Numbered from the stretch's first letter, positions 23,276 to 33,039 are shown. The stretch: DNA of 64,000 nt from a bacterium (GCA_037128595.1 JBAXWB010000016.1:19819-83818); one strand, 5' to 3'. Numbers and translations: made by a program. The notes: generated by a model from the sequence alone, not told the origin.

Positions 23276-23682
23276 CCTTTAATCTGAAAATATTTCTATT
23301 TCTGGCCCTCATGTGGACCGCAGGGAATGGGCTGGCCGGCTCACTGCTAACCGTCCGGTTGGTGGAAGCCAGTCATGCCGGGCAGGGGATGGGGGTCGGC
23401 CTGGGGGACGTGGCGAACCTGCTGCAGAACAATCTCCCTTATAAATCCTTTCAATTGCTGGCAAGCCGCTCCATGGCGCTACCGGCCAACGGTGTGGCTT
23501 CATTGAATTCAGGGATTGTTGCCCGCTGTTCCGGGGGGCAGGACAACCTGAGCGTGGTGCTGGAACGGGGTGGAAAGAAAATCATGCAGACCACGGTGGA
23601 ACTGCGGGATGGAACCCCTTTAATCATCGGGGGGATTTCATCCGCGCAGGGGAAGTTGATTATCGTGCTGCTGGCGAAATAG
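23272..23682 (+). CDS. Secreted hypothetical protein in ECF operon
   Basis: ATGA overlap with the upstream gene; signal peptide-like N-terminus. Confidence 0.7.
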   Translation: MTFNLKIFLFLALMWTAGNGLAGSLLTVRLVEASHAGQGMGVGLGDVANLLQNNLPYKSFQLLASRSMALPANGVASLNSGIVARCSGGQDNLSVVLERGGKKIMQTTVELRDGTPLIIGGISSAQGKLIIVLLAK

Positions 23683-23689
23683 ACGCAGA

Positions 23690-23747
23690 GGTTTTGACAG
23701 AGCAAAACCCTCCATTATTAAATGGAGGCCGCCGCTCTGTCGGCGCC
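23690..23747. repeat. REP-like doublet (type A reverse, type B forward), tags facing inward
   Basis: GGTTTTGACAGAGCAAAACCCTCCA 23690-23714; TGGAGGCCGCCGCTCTGTCGGCGCC 23723-23747. Confidence 0.85.
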
Positions 23748-23766
23748 GGTGCATATGGAGCCTGAC

Positions 23767-24228
23767 TTAGAATCCGTACGCGATTTTCAGCTGATCTTCC
23801 GTCGGCATTGACGGGTAATATTCACCCCGCGGACCGGCATATTGATTGCCCACCCGACGTAGGGTCACAGGGGTATAGGACCCGTTGGAGTTCTTCACGT
23901 TGACGATCGTGGTATTGGCCGCTTCGTTTGCGGCATTCACTTGGGCATTCATATGGCCCATTTGAGTATTCGATTTGTCGGTCTGGTGCCCCATGGCGCC
24001 TCCGAGAAGTCCGCCAATCGCCGCTCCGGCAACAGCTCCTTCGCCGTTTCCGAATGCGCCGTGGCTGTTATTACCGATGATACCGCCCGCAATGGCCCCT
24101 AAAGCGGCCCCAATGGCGGCCTGATTGAACGTGGACGGATTTTCCTGATATTGCGGGGTGGAGCACCCCATCATCATGAGTCCAGCCACTGCCACGCCTG
24201 CCGTTTTGAGAATCATTGTTTTTTTCAT
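23767..24228 (-). CDS. Glycine-zipper lipoprotein
   Basis: MKKTMILKTAGVAVAGLMMMGC lipobox-like; AAIGAALGAIAGGIIG...GAVAGAAIGGLLGGAMG; SD GGGAG. Confidence 0.8.
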   Translation of the reverse strand: MKKTMILKTAGVAVAGLMMMGCSTPQYQENPSTFNQAAIGAALGAIAGGIIGNNSHGAFGNGEGAVAGAAIGGLLGGAMGHQTDKSNTQMGHMNAQVNAANEAANTTIVNVKNSNGSYTPVTLRRVGNQYAGPRGEYYPSMPTEDQLKIAYGF

Positions 24229-24287
24229 ATTAATCTCCCAGATGATCGGTTTGTCAGAAATAAACATTACCATGATCGCTTATACCC

Positions 24288-24318
24288 GTATAGACGGAAG
24301 TGTGCCGTTTTTTATTCA
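24288..24318 (-). promoter_or_regulatory. Second copy of candidate ECF promoter, upstream of the lipoprotein
   Basis: Minus strand TGAATAAAAA-N10-TCCGTCTATAC, about 60 nt before the lipoprotein ATG. Confidence 0.6.
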
Positions 24319-24415
24319 TCTGGGCGAGGTGGTGTTCGCCGGGTGGGCGGAGAAACCTTGTTTCACGGAGACTGTACGTCTAATATCCCCTCCCTGCACA
24401 AGGAGACCGCCGATC

Positions 24416-24943
24416 GTGGACATTCTGGCACATGCATTGTATGGGGTGACGCTGTTCAGCCGCAGCGGATTGGCTGGCGGCCGTATAGGCTGGTCGGCGC
24501 TCCGCCGCTCCTCGCTGCGGGATAGGACCCTCTGGGCGGCCGCTGGGTTCGGAATCCTACCGGATATGACTTCAATCGGGGTTTATTTCAGCCATATGTG
24601 GATTCAAGGGGACTCGCCGTCCTTTCAAACGCTGCCATCCTACGTGTTCGTGCTCTACCACTTCTCCCATAGCCTGATTTTCGCCGGCCTCTTCTTGCTT
24701 ATGCTTCGCATGATGGCCCGCCCACTGTTCATTCCCGCCCTGGCGTGGCCGCTCCACATTCTCATGGACAGTTTCTCGCACGGCTCGGGCCGGTTTCAGA
24801 CGCCCCTGTTTTTCCCCCTCTCAGACTGGCATTTCAATGGGATGAACTGGTGGCAAAGTCCGGGGCTCATGATGCTCTATTGGGGCCTCCTGCCGATATT
24901 GTGGATTGCTATTACGGTATGGCGGCATCAGCGAAATCGTTAG
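24416..24943 (+). CDS. Inner-membrane metal-dependent hydrolase (YdjM-like)
   Basis: GTG start after AGGAG; MDILAHAL, GILPDM, YHFSHSL, LHILMDSFSH, LFFPLS. Confidence 0.75.
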   Translation: MDILAHALYGVTLFSRSGLAGGRIGWSALRRSSLRDRTLWAAAGFGILPDMTSIGVYFSHMWIQGDSPSFQTLPSYVFVLYHFSHSLIFAGLFLLMLRMMARPLFIPALAWPLHILMDSFSHGSGRFQTPLFFPLSDWHFNGMNWWQSPGLMMLYWGLLPILWIAITVWRHQRNR

Positions 24944-25029
24944 AAATATGGAATGGGTTACAATAAACGATGCGGTTCTTCCGTTTAATAGATCATATCC
25001 GCGGATTTATTTAATCAATTGAGGTTTGA

Positions 25030-26625
25030 ATGCTCAAAATAGTGCCATTAATCATTTGGCTGATGGTAGGCGCCTGCCTGCCTTGGGTGCAGGGGGCTGA
25101 GCGGACAAATTCAATCGATACCATTGTGTTATCGGCCTTAAAGGCCAAGCGGATCCCGCCCTCTGACCGGTGCACGGACGAGGTGTTCATCCGGCGCGTG
25201 TTTCTGGATACGATCGGGACGTTGCCCTCACCGGGTGAGGTGCGGCGGTTTCTCGCGGATCAGGATCCTGCCAAGCGGGATAAATGCATCGACCTGCTGC
25301 TTCAGCGGCCTGAATTTGCCGAGTATCTCGGGTTGAAGTGGGGGGATTTGTTGCGGATAAAGTCCGAATTTCCCAGTAACCTCTGGCCCAATGCGGTTCA
25401 AACCTATGATCGCTGGGTTCGTGAAAGCTTTCGCGCCAACAAACCCTACGACCAGTTCGTCAGGGAGTTATTGACCGCTTCCGGTAGTAATTTCCGCGCG
25501 CCTCCTGCGAATTTCTATCGCGCGTTCCAGGATCGTTCACCCCGGCCGATTGCCGACAATGTCGCCTTGGTCTTTATGGGGGTGCGCCTGTCGGCATTGG
25601 GCCTGTCAGAATCCCAGCTTCTGGGGTTCTCCGCGTTTTTTGCCAAAATCGGGTACAAGGGGACCGACGAGTGGAAGGAAGAGATTGTCTTTTTTAATCC
25701 GGACGGGAAGCTGGTGAATCCTGCCGATGGCAAGCCGGTCAAGCCCATGGCGCTGGACGGCCGGGTATTTGATATTCCTGCGGATCAGGATCCCAGGGCG
25801 GTATTCGCCCACTGGCTGACCGCCCCGGAGAATCCCTGGTTTGCCCGTGCCCTGGTGAACCGGACCTGGTACTGGCTGCTGGGGCGCGGCATTGTTCATG
25901 AACCGGACGATATGCGGACGTCCAATCCGCCCTGGAGTCCGGAGCTTCTTACCTTCCTGGAAAAGGAGTTCGTGGGACATCAGTTTGATATCAAGCCTAT
26001 TTACCGGCTCATCCTGACCTCGCGCGTCTATCAGTTCTCTTCGGTGCCTAATCGACGGAATGCCTCCGATGGGTCCGGGTTTTCGCACTATCGGATCCGC
26101 CGGATAGAGGCGGAGCCTTTACTGGATGCCATCAACCAGATCACCGGATCGGGTGATAAATATACCAGCAGTATCCCTGAACCGTTTACGTTCCTGCCGG
26201 ATGATCAGCGTGCGATCAGTTTGGCCGACGGGAGCATTGAGCTTCCTTTCCTGGAATTGTTCGGGCGTCCTTCGCGCAACACCTCCTATGAATCTGAACG
26301 GGTCTCCGCGCCCTCGGTGTTTCAGGCGCAACACCTGTTGAACTCCAGCCATATCCAGAAGAAGATCGAGAAAAGCTGGGTAATACGGCAGCTGATTACC
26401 GCGAGAGAGAAGGCGATCGCCAAGCCCGATGCCCAGGTGCTTAAGCAGGAAAACCAGAAGCTGATTGAGGAGCTTTATTTAAGAGTTCTCTCCCGATTCC
26501 CCTCTGCTCCTGAATCGGAGATCGCTGAATCCTATTTAACGTCGCCCAAACGAAATTTTAACGACTCTGTTAACGACCTGGCCTGGGCTCTGATGAATTC
26601 CAAGGAATTTATTTTGAAACACTAG
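25030..26625 (+). CDS. DUF1549/DUF1553 domain protein
   Basis: DEVFIRRVFLDTIGTLPS, WGDLLR, KPYDQFVRELLTASG, ARALVNRTWYWLLGRGIV, RRIEAEPLLDAI, DLAWALMNSKEF; signal peptide. Confidence 0.9.
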   Translation: MLKIVPLIIWLMVGACLPWVQGAERTNSIDTIVLSALKAKRIPPSDRCTDEVFIRRVFLDTIGTLPSPGEVRRFLADQDPAKRDKCIDLLLQRPEFAEYLGLKWGDLLRIKSEFPSNLWPNAVQTYDRWVRESFRANKPYDQFVRELLTASGSNFRAPPANFYRAFQDRSPRPIADNVALVFMGVRLSALGLSESQLLGFSAFFAKIGYKGTDEWKEEIVFFNPDGKLVNPADGKPVKPMALDGRVFDIPADQDPRAVFAHWLTAPENPWFARALVNRTWYWLLGRGIVHEPDDMRTSNPPWSPELLTFLEKEFVGHQFDIKPIYRLILTSRVYQFSSVPNRRNASDGSGFSHYRIRRIEAEPLLDAINQITGSGDKYTSSIPEPFTFLPDDQRAISLADGSIELPFLELFGRPSRNTSYESERVSAPSVFQAQHLLNSSHIQKKIEKSWVIRQLITAREKAIAKPDAQVLKQENQKLIEELYLRVLSRFPSAPESEIAESYLTSPKRNFNDSVNDLAWALMNSKEFILKH

Positions 26626-26630
26626 ACTCT

Positions 26631-28013
26631 ATGAAACGACAACACGCTCCAAATGACATGGTGGGAACAGCTGTTTCACGACGTGACTTTCTCGGGTACG
26701 GCGCGCTGGGGCTGGCGGGACTGTTTCTGGGCCGCCTGCTGAATACCCGGGCAAATGCGGGCGAAGCCGGGGTTCCGAAGGCCGTGACGCGAAAGCAACG
26801 GGCGAAGTCTGTCATCCAGATCTGGCTCTGGGGCGGGCCATCGCATCTGGACACCTTTGATCCCAAGCCGGGAGCCGGCCGGGATTATTGCGGACCGTAC
26901 ACGAAGGCGCTGGCTACCAATGTGGCGGGCATCGAGCTGTGTCAGATGCTGCCCCAGTTGGCCAAAATGGCTGACAAATATGCCTTGTTGCGCGGCATGA
27001 CCCATGGGAATAACAGCCATGAGACGGCGGCTTACATGGTGCAGACGGGCCGGAAATCGGATGGAGGCCCCGTGTGTCCCGGGATTGGCTCCCTGGTCTC
27101 CTACTTCAAGGGGCCGAATGGGGGCTACAAGGGCATGCTTCCGCCCTACATCACGTTGACGGCCCCGCAGGGGCGTTTCTCTGAGGCCGGCTTCCTGAGT
27201 TCCAAATACAAGCCGTTTTCAACGGGCGGTGATCCCGGTCGTGATCCTTTCGCGGTAGAGGGGATTGTGGCTGAAAACATTACCGACGCGCGCCAGCGGG
27301 AACGGCGTGACCTGCTGAAAGGAATCGATAGTTTTGCGCGAACCCTGCAGGCGGATGCGGGGGTCCAGGGCGTTGAGGCCAGCCAGAAACAGGCTTACGA
27401 AATGATTCTGGGTCCGGCGGGGAAGGCGTTTGCCATTGCCGATGAAAAGCCGGAACTCCGGGACCGCTACGGACGGACCAAGTTCGGGCAGTCCTGTCTG
27501 CTCGCCCGCCGGCTGGTGGAGCGGGAAGTGCCGTTCATCACGATCAATCACCAGGGCTGGGATACCCACAAGCAACATTTTCAGACGATGGGCAAAAAGC
27601 TGCCCGAACTCGATCAGGGGCTTTCGGCCTTGCTGCAGGATCTTTCTGACCGCGGGCTACTGGACAGCACCCTGGTCTGGGTCAGTGGCGAATTCGGGAG
27701 AACCCCGAAAATCCAATGGGAACCGCCATGGGATGGGGGACGTGGGCATTATGGGAAGGCCTTTTCCGCCCTTGTGGCCGGGGGCGGCTTCCGGGGTGGC
27801 TCGGTTGTCGGGAAGACGGATGAACGGGGCGAAACCGTCATTGATCGGCCCATTTATCCGTGGGACTTGATGGGGAGTATGTATGAGTTGCTAGGTATTG
27901 ATCCCCTGGCCAAACTGCCCCACCCGCAGGGGTTGGACGTGGTGGTGTCGCCTCTGGCGAATCATGCGATTCCGGAAAAGGAAACGGGCGGCTTGTTAAG
28001 GGAGATCATGTGA
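26631..28013 (+). CDS. DUF1501 domain protein with Tat-like signal
   Basis: SRRDFL, IWLWGGPSHLDTFDPKP, GWDTH, GEFGRTPKI, GGRGH, AGGGFRGG. Confidence 0.9.
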   Translation: MKRQHAPNDMVGTAVSRRDFLGYGALGLAGLFLGRLLNTRANAGEAGVPKAVTRKQRAKSVIQIWLWGGPSHLDTFDPKPGAGRDYCGPYTKALATNVAGIELCQMLPQLAKMADKYALLRGMTHGNNSHETAAYMVQTGRKSDGGPVCPGIGSLVSYFKGPNGGYKGMLPPYITLTAPQGRFSEAGFLSSKYKPFSTGGDPGRDPFAVEGIVAENITDARQRERRDLLKGIDSFARTLQADAGVQGVEASQKQAYEMILGPAGKAFAIADEKPELRDRYGRTKFGQSCLLARRLVEREVPFITINHQGWDTHKQHFQTMGKKLPELDQGLSALLQDLSDRGLLDSTLVWVSGEFGRTPKIQWEPPWDGGRGHYGKAFSALVAGGGFRGGSVVGKTDERGETVIDRPIYPWDLMGSMYELLGIDPLAKLPHPQGLDVVVSPLANHAIPEKETGGLLREIM

Positions 28014-30316
28014 GAATCGTCGCGGTCATTATAGGGTTGGCGTTCATCGGAATGGCCGGGGAGGGGCTGGCCCAGCGTGAGGCGGTCAAAAATCCCCACA
28101 TCGGCTATGTGTATCCCGCGGGCGGAGCCAGGGGCGGTTCGGTGGAGGTTCAGGTGGGCGGTGAGAATATTTACGGAACTTCCGCTGTGCTCGTTTCCGG
28201 CAATGGGGTCTCCTTCAAGGTGATCAAGTCGGCGGATCCCTATGAGGGGAAAGAGGCGAAACAGAAAAAGCAAAAGAAGAAAAATGAAGCGGCCATTGAT
28301 GAGGCGATTACCCTCAAGGCCACGATCAGTTCGAATGCGGCCCCCGGCGATGTGGAGTTCTGCCTGGTCACTCCCGACGGACTCTCCAATAAACTGATTT
28401 TTCAGGTGGGTCAGCTTAAGGAACTGGCCGAGGTGGAACCCAATAACAAAGCCAAAACGGCTTTGGCCATTCCGGCCCTGCCGGCGGTGTTGAATGGCCA
28501 GATCATGCCCGGTGATGTGGATAGCTTCAGTTTCAATGCTAAAAAAGGCCAGCAGATGGTGGTGGAAGTCGCCACCCGGGCGTTGGTGCCGTATATTGCC
28601 GATGGAGTGCCGGGCTGGTTTCAGGCCATTGTGACACTCCAGAAGTCCAATGGCGTGGAAGTCGGCGTGGCCGACAACTTTCAATTCAGTCAGGACCCTG
28701 TGTTGTTTTGTGAGATCCCTGCGGATGGATCCTATGTGCTGACAATCCGGGATACCCTGTATCGGGGGCGCGAGGATTTTGTTTATCGGATGAAAGTTGG
28801 GGCACTGCCTTACATCACCAGTATTTTCCCGCTGGGTGCCCAGTGCGGGGCGGGCCCGGTTCACGTGAGCCTGATGGGCAAAAATCTTCCTGGTGAGTCG
28901 CTTGATTCGGTCATGCCGCCACCCCATCCGGCGCCGGTGATGCTCGCCGTGACGAATGGCGGCGGCCTGATTTCCAACCGGGTCCCCTTTATGACTGAGG
29001 ATCTGCCAGAACTCATGGATGGGGAGGCCCGGCCCGCCGGTCCCCCTCTGAAGGTGGTACTCCCGGTGGTGATCAACGGACGCCTGCTTACGCCAGATGA
29101 GCGGCGCGTGTATTGTTTTGATGGAAAAAAAGGACAGGCCGTGGTGATGGATGTCCATGCCCGCCGACTGGGGTCGCCGCTTGACTCGGGGCTGGTCCTC
29201 TCGAACGAGAAGGGCGAGAAACTTGCGGAGAATGATGATGCCAAAGACCGGGGCGAAGGGCGGCTGACACATCAGTCAGACTCCTCGCTCATGGTTACCC
29301 TGCCGGAAGACGGTCTTTACTTGGTGACCCTCAAGGATATGCAGGGACGGGGTGGGGTAGAGTATGCCTACCGGCTCCGGATCAGTCCGCCCCGCCCGGA
29401 TTTCGAGTTACGCGTAACCCCCGCCGCGGTGAGTATCCCCAAAGGCGGGTCTGTTGTACTGACCGCCTATGTGGTCCGGCGGGATGGGTTCTCCGGGGAG
29501 ATCAAGCTGGGGTTGGAAGCGCCGGCCGACGGGCTGGTTCTCGATGGCTCTGTGATCCCCGCGAATACCGACAAACTCTGCATGACCTTGACAGCCACCC
29601 GGCCGCGACCTGCCACGATGGTGCCCCATCTGATCGGTACGGCTGTGATAGAGGGTAAGCCTGTGGTTCGCCGGGGCGTGCCGGCAGAAAACCTGATGCA
29701 GGCCTTTCTCTATCAGCATCTGGTTCCGTTTGGTGAAGAGACGGTGATGGTCACGGGGACCAATGCTCCCTTCCGGGTCATTCCGAAATTTCCGCTGAAA
29801 CCCTATTGGGAGTTGCTGCGGGGGAAGGAAGTATCGTTCAGGGTAGAGGCGATCCGGCAGCCGGGCTTTGAGGGGCCGATCCGGCTCCAACTGATCGATC
29901 CCCCTAAAGGGATCACGTTCCGGAATGCCAATATTCCCCCAGACAAGGATTCAGCGATGGTGGTGGTGAGAACCGAAAGCAAGGTCGTCTCCAATCTGGT
30001 CGGCAATCTCATCATATCGGGAACCATGCCGGTGGAGATGGAGGCCACGCCCGCTGAACGGGCAAAAGCCGAGGCCAAGGCCGCCCGGGACCGGGAGGTG
30101 AAGGCCGCGGTGCTGGGAACCAATACCCCGCCTCAATCGGTGAGTACCAATCCGGTTATTGCGGATCAGAAAATCCTGGTCCCGGAGGTCCCGAAACCCT
30201 TGATGATCAAGCGCCAATTGATTAGTCTGATCCCTGCTGTGCCTTACCAGATTATTGAACCGCCTCAACAGGCTCCCGCCCATGCCAAAACAAACTCAAT
30301 CCCGAATCGAAAATAA
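28010..30316 (+). CDS. PPC (pre-peptidase C-terminal) repeat protein
   Basis: GYVYPAGGARG, EVEPNN, GDVDSFSFNAKKGQ, LGSPLDSGL, YAYRLRI; GTGA overlap with DUF1501 gene. Confidence 0.8.
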   Translation: MRIVAVIIGLAFIGMAGEGLAQREAVKNPHIGYVYPAGGARGGSVEVQVGGENIYGTSAVLVSGNGVSFKVIKSADPYEGKEAKQKKQKKKNEAAIDEAITLKATISSNAAPGDVEFCLVTPDGLSNKLIFQVGQLKELAEVEPNNKAKTALAIPALPAVLNGQIMPGDVDSFSFNAKKGQQMVVEVATRALVPYIADGVPGWFQAIVTLQKSNGVEVGVADNFQFSQDPVLFCEIPADGSYVLTIRDTLYRGREDFVYRMKVGALPYITSIFPLGAQCGAGPVHVSLMGKNLPGESLDSVMPPPHPAPVMLAVTNGGGLISNRVPFMTEDLPELMDGEARPAGPPLKVVLPVVINGRLLTPDERRVYCFDGKKGQAVVMDVHARRLGSPLDSGLVLSNEKGEKLAENDDAKDRGEGRLTHQSDSSLMVTLPEDGLYLVTLKDMQGRGGVEYAYRLRISPPRPDFELRVTPAAVSIPKGGSVVLTAYVVRRDGFSGEIKLGLEAPADGLVLDGSVIPANTDKLCMTLTATRPRPATMVPHLIGTAVIEGKPVVRRGVPAENLMQAFLYQHLVPFGEETVMVTGTNAPFRVIPKFPLKPYWELLRGKEVSFRVEAIRQPGFEGPIRLQLIDPPKGITFRNANIPPDKDSAMVVVRTESKVVSNLVGNLIISGTMPVEMEATPAERAKAEAKAARDREVKAAVLGTNTPPQSVSTNPVIADQKILVPEVPKPLMIKRQLISLIPAVPYQIIEPPQQAPAHAKTNSIPNRK

Positions 30317-31397
30317 AGTTCTCAGTTGCGGCCCCATTGATGCCGTGTGCTCACGGGTGATTCTGCCCTCCCGTACGGAAACCGTTCTGACGGCCTGCGG
30401 CCAGGATGCGGTCGGTCTCGAGCAGTGGCTGCATGACGAACTGATGACGGATCAGATCCGTCCGGTGCACCGCTTTGTGTTTGCCGGTGACCCCTATTTT
30501 CAGGCGTTGGGCAAGGCGTATCTGAAGGAGGATGGGACCCTGTTGCGGCACAAGGAGGCGGGCCTTCAAGAAGGGGGGATTTCCTCGGTTCAGGCGACGG
30601 CAATCACGGGGGTAGAGTTGTTAACCCTGCGCCAGGACGGGCGCAATGTCGGGGTGGTCTATGAAGATGACCAGGCCCGCTACTGCCGCTTGAGCGGGGT
30701 GATTCCGTTGGATTTGACCGCTTCCCGCGAAGGGCAGACGCGCGCCGTTCTGGAAATGCTGGATTGGATGCTCGGGACCAATGGCTTCCAGTTTACAGAT
30801 ACCGTACGTACCTGGTTCTATCTGGATCACCTGCTGGATTGGTACAAGGGTTTCAATGAGGTGCGGACGCGTTTTTTTGAAGAGCGCGGGGTATTCCAGA
30901 AACTGGTCCCGGCCAGCACCGGGATTGGCGCGACCAATCCCTGGGGCGCGGCCTTGACCTGTGACTTGCTGGCAATTCAACCCAAATCGGCGGAGGTCCG
31001 GATCGAGGCGGTCCCTTCTCCCCTCCAGAATCCGGCCTTGGATTACGCCAGTTCCTTCAGCCGTGCGGTGGAGATCCAGTTGCCCTCCTGCCGCAGTTTG
31101 CTGATCTCCGGTACGGCGAGCATTGATCCGGCGGGGAAATCCCAATATGAGGGGGATCCCGCCCGGCAGATCGAGCGGACTCTTGATGTGGTGGCCGCTT
31201 TGCTGGAGTCACGGGGAATGACCTGGCGGGATGTCACCCGGGGGATTGCGTATTTTGCGGATATCGCGGATCGCACCACCTTTAACGCTATCTCGCGAAC
31301 CCGTGGCCTCCCTGGATTTCCTCTCGCCTTGTCGCATGCGGATGTTTGTCGTCATGATCTATTGTTTGAATTGGAAGTCGATGCCGTCAAAGTTTAG
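30255..31397 (+). CDS. RidA/YjgF-fold protein of the FkbO/Hyg5 chorismatase-like type
   Basis: VRTWFYL, FNEVRTRFF, VPASTGIG, SFSRA, ISGTASID, LFELEVDA; true start probably 80-100 nt downstream of 30255. Confidence 0.7.
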   Translation: MNRLNRLPPMPKQTQSRIENKVLSCGPIDAVCSRVILPSRTETVLTACGQDAVGLEQWLHDELMTDQIRPVHRFVFAGDPYFQALGKAYLKEDGTLLRHKEAGLQEGGISSVQATAITGVELLTLRQDGRNVGVVYEDDQARYCRLSGVIPLDLTASREGQTRAVLEMLDWMLGTNGFQFTDTVRTWFYLDHLLDWYKGFNEVRTRFFEERGVFQKLVPASTGIGATNPWGAALTCDLLAIQPKSAEVRIEAVPSPLQNPALDYASSFSRAVEIQLPSCRSLLISGTASIDPAGKSQYEGDPARQIERTLDVVAALLESRGMTWRDVTRGIAYFADIADRTTFNAISRTRGLPGFPLALSHADVCRHDLLFELEVDAVKV

Positions 31398-31410
31398 GAA
31401 ACAAATTTTT

Positions 31411-32619
31411 ATGAAGCGTATTTTCTCTATCGTGGTATCCATGTGGCTGGTTATGGTGCTCCCAGGGCTGGCCGGAAGTTCCATGGGGTGGCGGGGAGAT
31501 GCCACCGGTCGTTATCCTACGGCCACACCTCCACTAGCCTGGTCGAGCACCAGCAATGTGGTGTGGAATACGCGGCTTCCCCGTTTCTCCAATGCGACGC
31601 CCTTGCTCATCAAGGACCGTTTAGTAGTCTGTGCGGATCCCGCCACGTTGATCTGTCTGGAGGCCGCCAGCGGCCGGATTCTCTGGCAAAAGACGAATGG
31701 ATATGAGGACGTGCTTTCTCCGGTTCAACTTGAGCAGGCCCGCCAAGTCTACACCAATTTAAATACCTCGCCCAAGACCCATAACGTCGCAGGATTCACG
31801 TCTCCTACGCCGGTCACCGATGGACGTCGGGTGTATGTGGTGTTCGGGAATGGGGTGGCGGCCTGCTACGAATTAGATGGCACCCGGGTGTGGGCCCGGC
31901 TGGTGGAGCGGCCGACCCATCAATGGGGGCATAGTGCCTCCCCGCTGCTGATTGGCGGAACGCTCCTCGTGCATGTGCTTAAAATGACTGCGCTGGATGC
32001 CTCGACTGGGAACACGCTGTGGGCCACCGAATCACCGCCTGGATGGGGCACCGCTGTGGCCGCCCGGATTGGAGCCGGCGATGTGGTGATCACCCCCAAG
32101 GGCGATATCCTGAACCTCGCTGATGGCAAGAAACTGGCCCGCTCGGTCTCCAAGCTGGACTACTGTGCGCCGGTGGTGGAGGGGGACAAAGTCTATTTCG
32201 TGGAGAATGGCGGGAAAGCCATCCGCCTTCCCAGCACGATATCTGTGCCACTTACAGTTGAAACCCTCTGGCAGACCAGCCCGGCGGCGGATCGCTATTA
32301 CGCGTCACCGGTGTTTTATAAGGACCGCCTCTATGCGGTTAACCAGAAAGGGGTGTTCAGCACGATCGATGCCTTGACCGGTGTGGTGTTGAACGAAACT
32401 AAACTGGAACTGGGCGGCACCTGTTATCCGAGCGTGACCTTGGCCGGACACTGTCTTTTTGTGAGCAGCGATAAAGGCGTGACGGTGGTGTTTGATCTGG
32501 ATGAGGGCGGGAAGGAAGTGGCCCGCAACGTATTGGAACCCTTCCGGAGTTCCCCGGTATTTGACGGCACCTGTCTCTACATCCGGACCTTGGCCGGCAT
32601 TTATTGTATCGGCCGGTGA
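31411..32619 (+). CDS. PQQ-like beta-propeller repeat protein
   Basis: Signal peptide, GWRG, STPVTDG-like TSPTPVTDGRRVY, GHSASPLL, YASPV, FRSSPVF repeats. Confidence 0.85.
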   Translation: MKRIFSIVVSMWLVMVLPGLAGSSMGWRGDATGRYPTATPPLAWSSTSNVVWNTRLPRFSNATPLLIKDRLVVCADPATLICLEAASGRILWQKTNGYEDVLSPVQLEQARQVYTNLNTSPKTHNVAGFTSPTPVTDGRRVYVVFGNGVAACYELDGTRVWARLVERPTHQWGHSASPLLIGGTLLVHVLKMTALDASTGNTLWATESPPGWGTAVAARIGAGDVVITPKGDILNLADGKKLARSVSKLDYCAPVVEGDKVYFVENGGKAIRLPSTISVPLTVETLWQTSPAADRYYASPVFYKDRLYAVNQKGVFSTIDALTGVVLNETKLELGGTCYPSVTLAGHCLFVSSDKGVTVVFDLDEGGKEVARNVLEPFRSSPVFDGTCLYIRTLAGIYCIGR

Positions 32620-32707
32620 TCCATCCCTAAACTTCCTCTTATCACTCCGGGCGTAACTAGGTGGCGTTCGCCGTCCCCGGCGAACGTGTCCATAGTGTTG
32701 CGCTTAA

Positions 32708-32866
32708 ACGGCCGCCGTTGACGTCAGCCACCGGTTGCACATGGCGTTTCTGGGTGGATCGATCACTTGGGGGGCGACGGCGACTCCACCTATTGGCCCA
32801 AGATGTCGAGAAAACCAAAATTCTGGATTTCCGGCGAGCTGGCAAAGTGACGTTATTCATAGGTGA
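32708..32866 (+). pseudogene. Possible SGNH/GDSL hydrolase remnant
   Basis: Frame reads RLHMAFLGGSITWGATATP, resembling SGNH block I, but it is bounded by stops and similarity fades afterwards. Confidence 0.35.
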
Positions 32867-32939
32867 CGAGTAGTTAGTAAAATACTATATATAAATCTAT
32901 GTCAGTGGATTTATATGGTTCGCAAAATCATCTTCCCTT

Positions 32940-33033
32940 CCAGCGGGACAAGCCCGCTGGAGAGGGTAACGCTCCCGATGGCGGCAAGCCTGCTAGGGTG
33001 GATCTTGCTCCCGATGGGCTTGTCCCATCGGGG
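32940..33033. repeat. Left hairpin cluster of the Y1 element
   Basis: CCAGCGGG-ACAAG-CCCGCTGG (32940-32960), degenerate CAAG unit (32971-33002), inverted unit CCCGATGGG-CTTGT-CCCATCGGG (33010-33032). Confidence 0.85.
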
Positions 33034-33039
33034 CTGAAA

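Noticed and set aside
24346-24385. Third ECF-type promoter (GAAAC...CGTCTAA) upstream of the hydrolase
   Set aside because: The -10-like CGTCTA is present but the spacing and -35 do not match the two 31-nt copies.
24158-24415. 86-aa N-terminal extension of the membrane hydrolase
   Set aside because: Overlaps the divergent lipoprotein start and its promoter; GTG 24416 has a good SD and starts at the family motif.
32899-33039. 47-aa N-terminal extension of the Y1 ORF given in the track
   Set aside because: It runs through the left hairpin cluster; the Y1-like sequence begins after ATG 33040.
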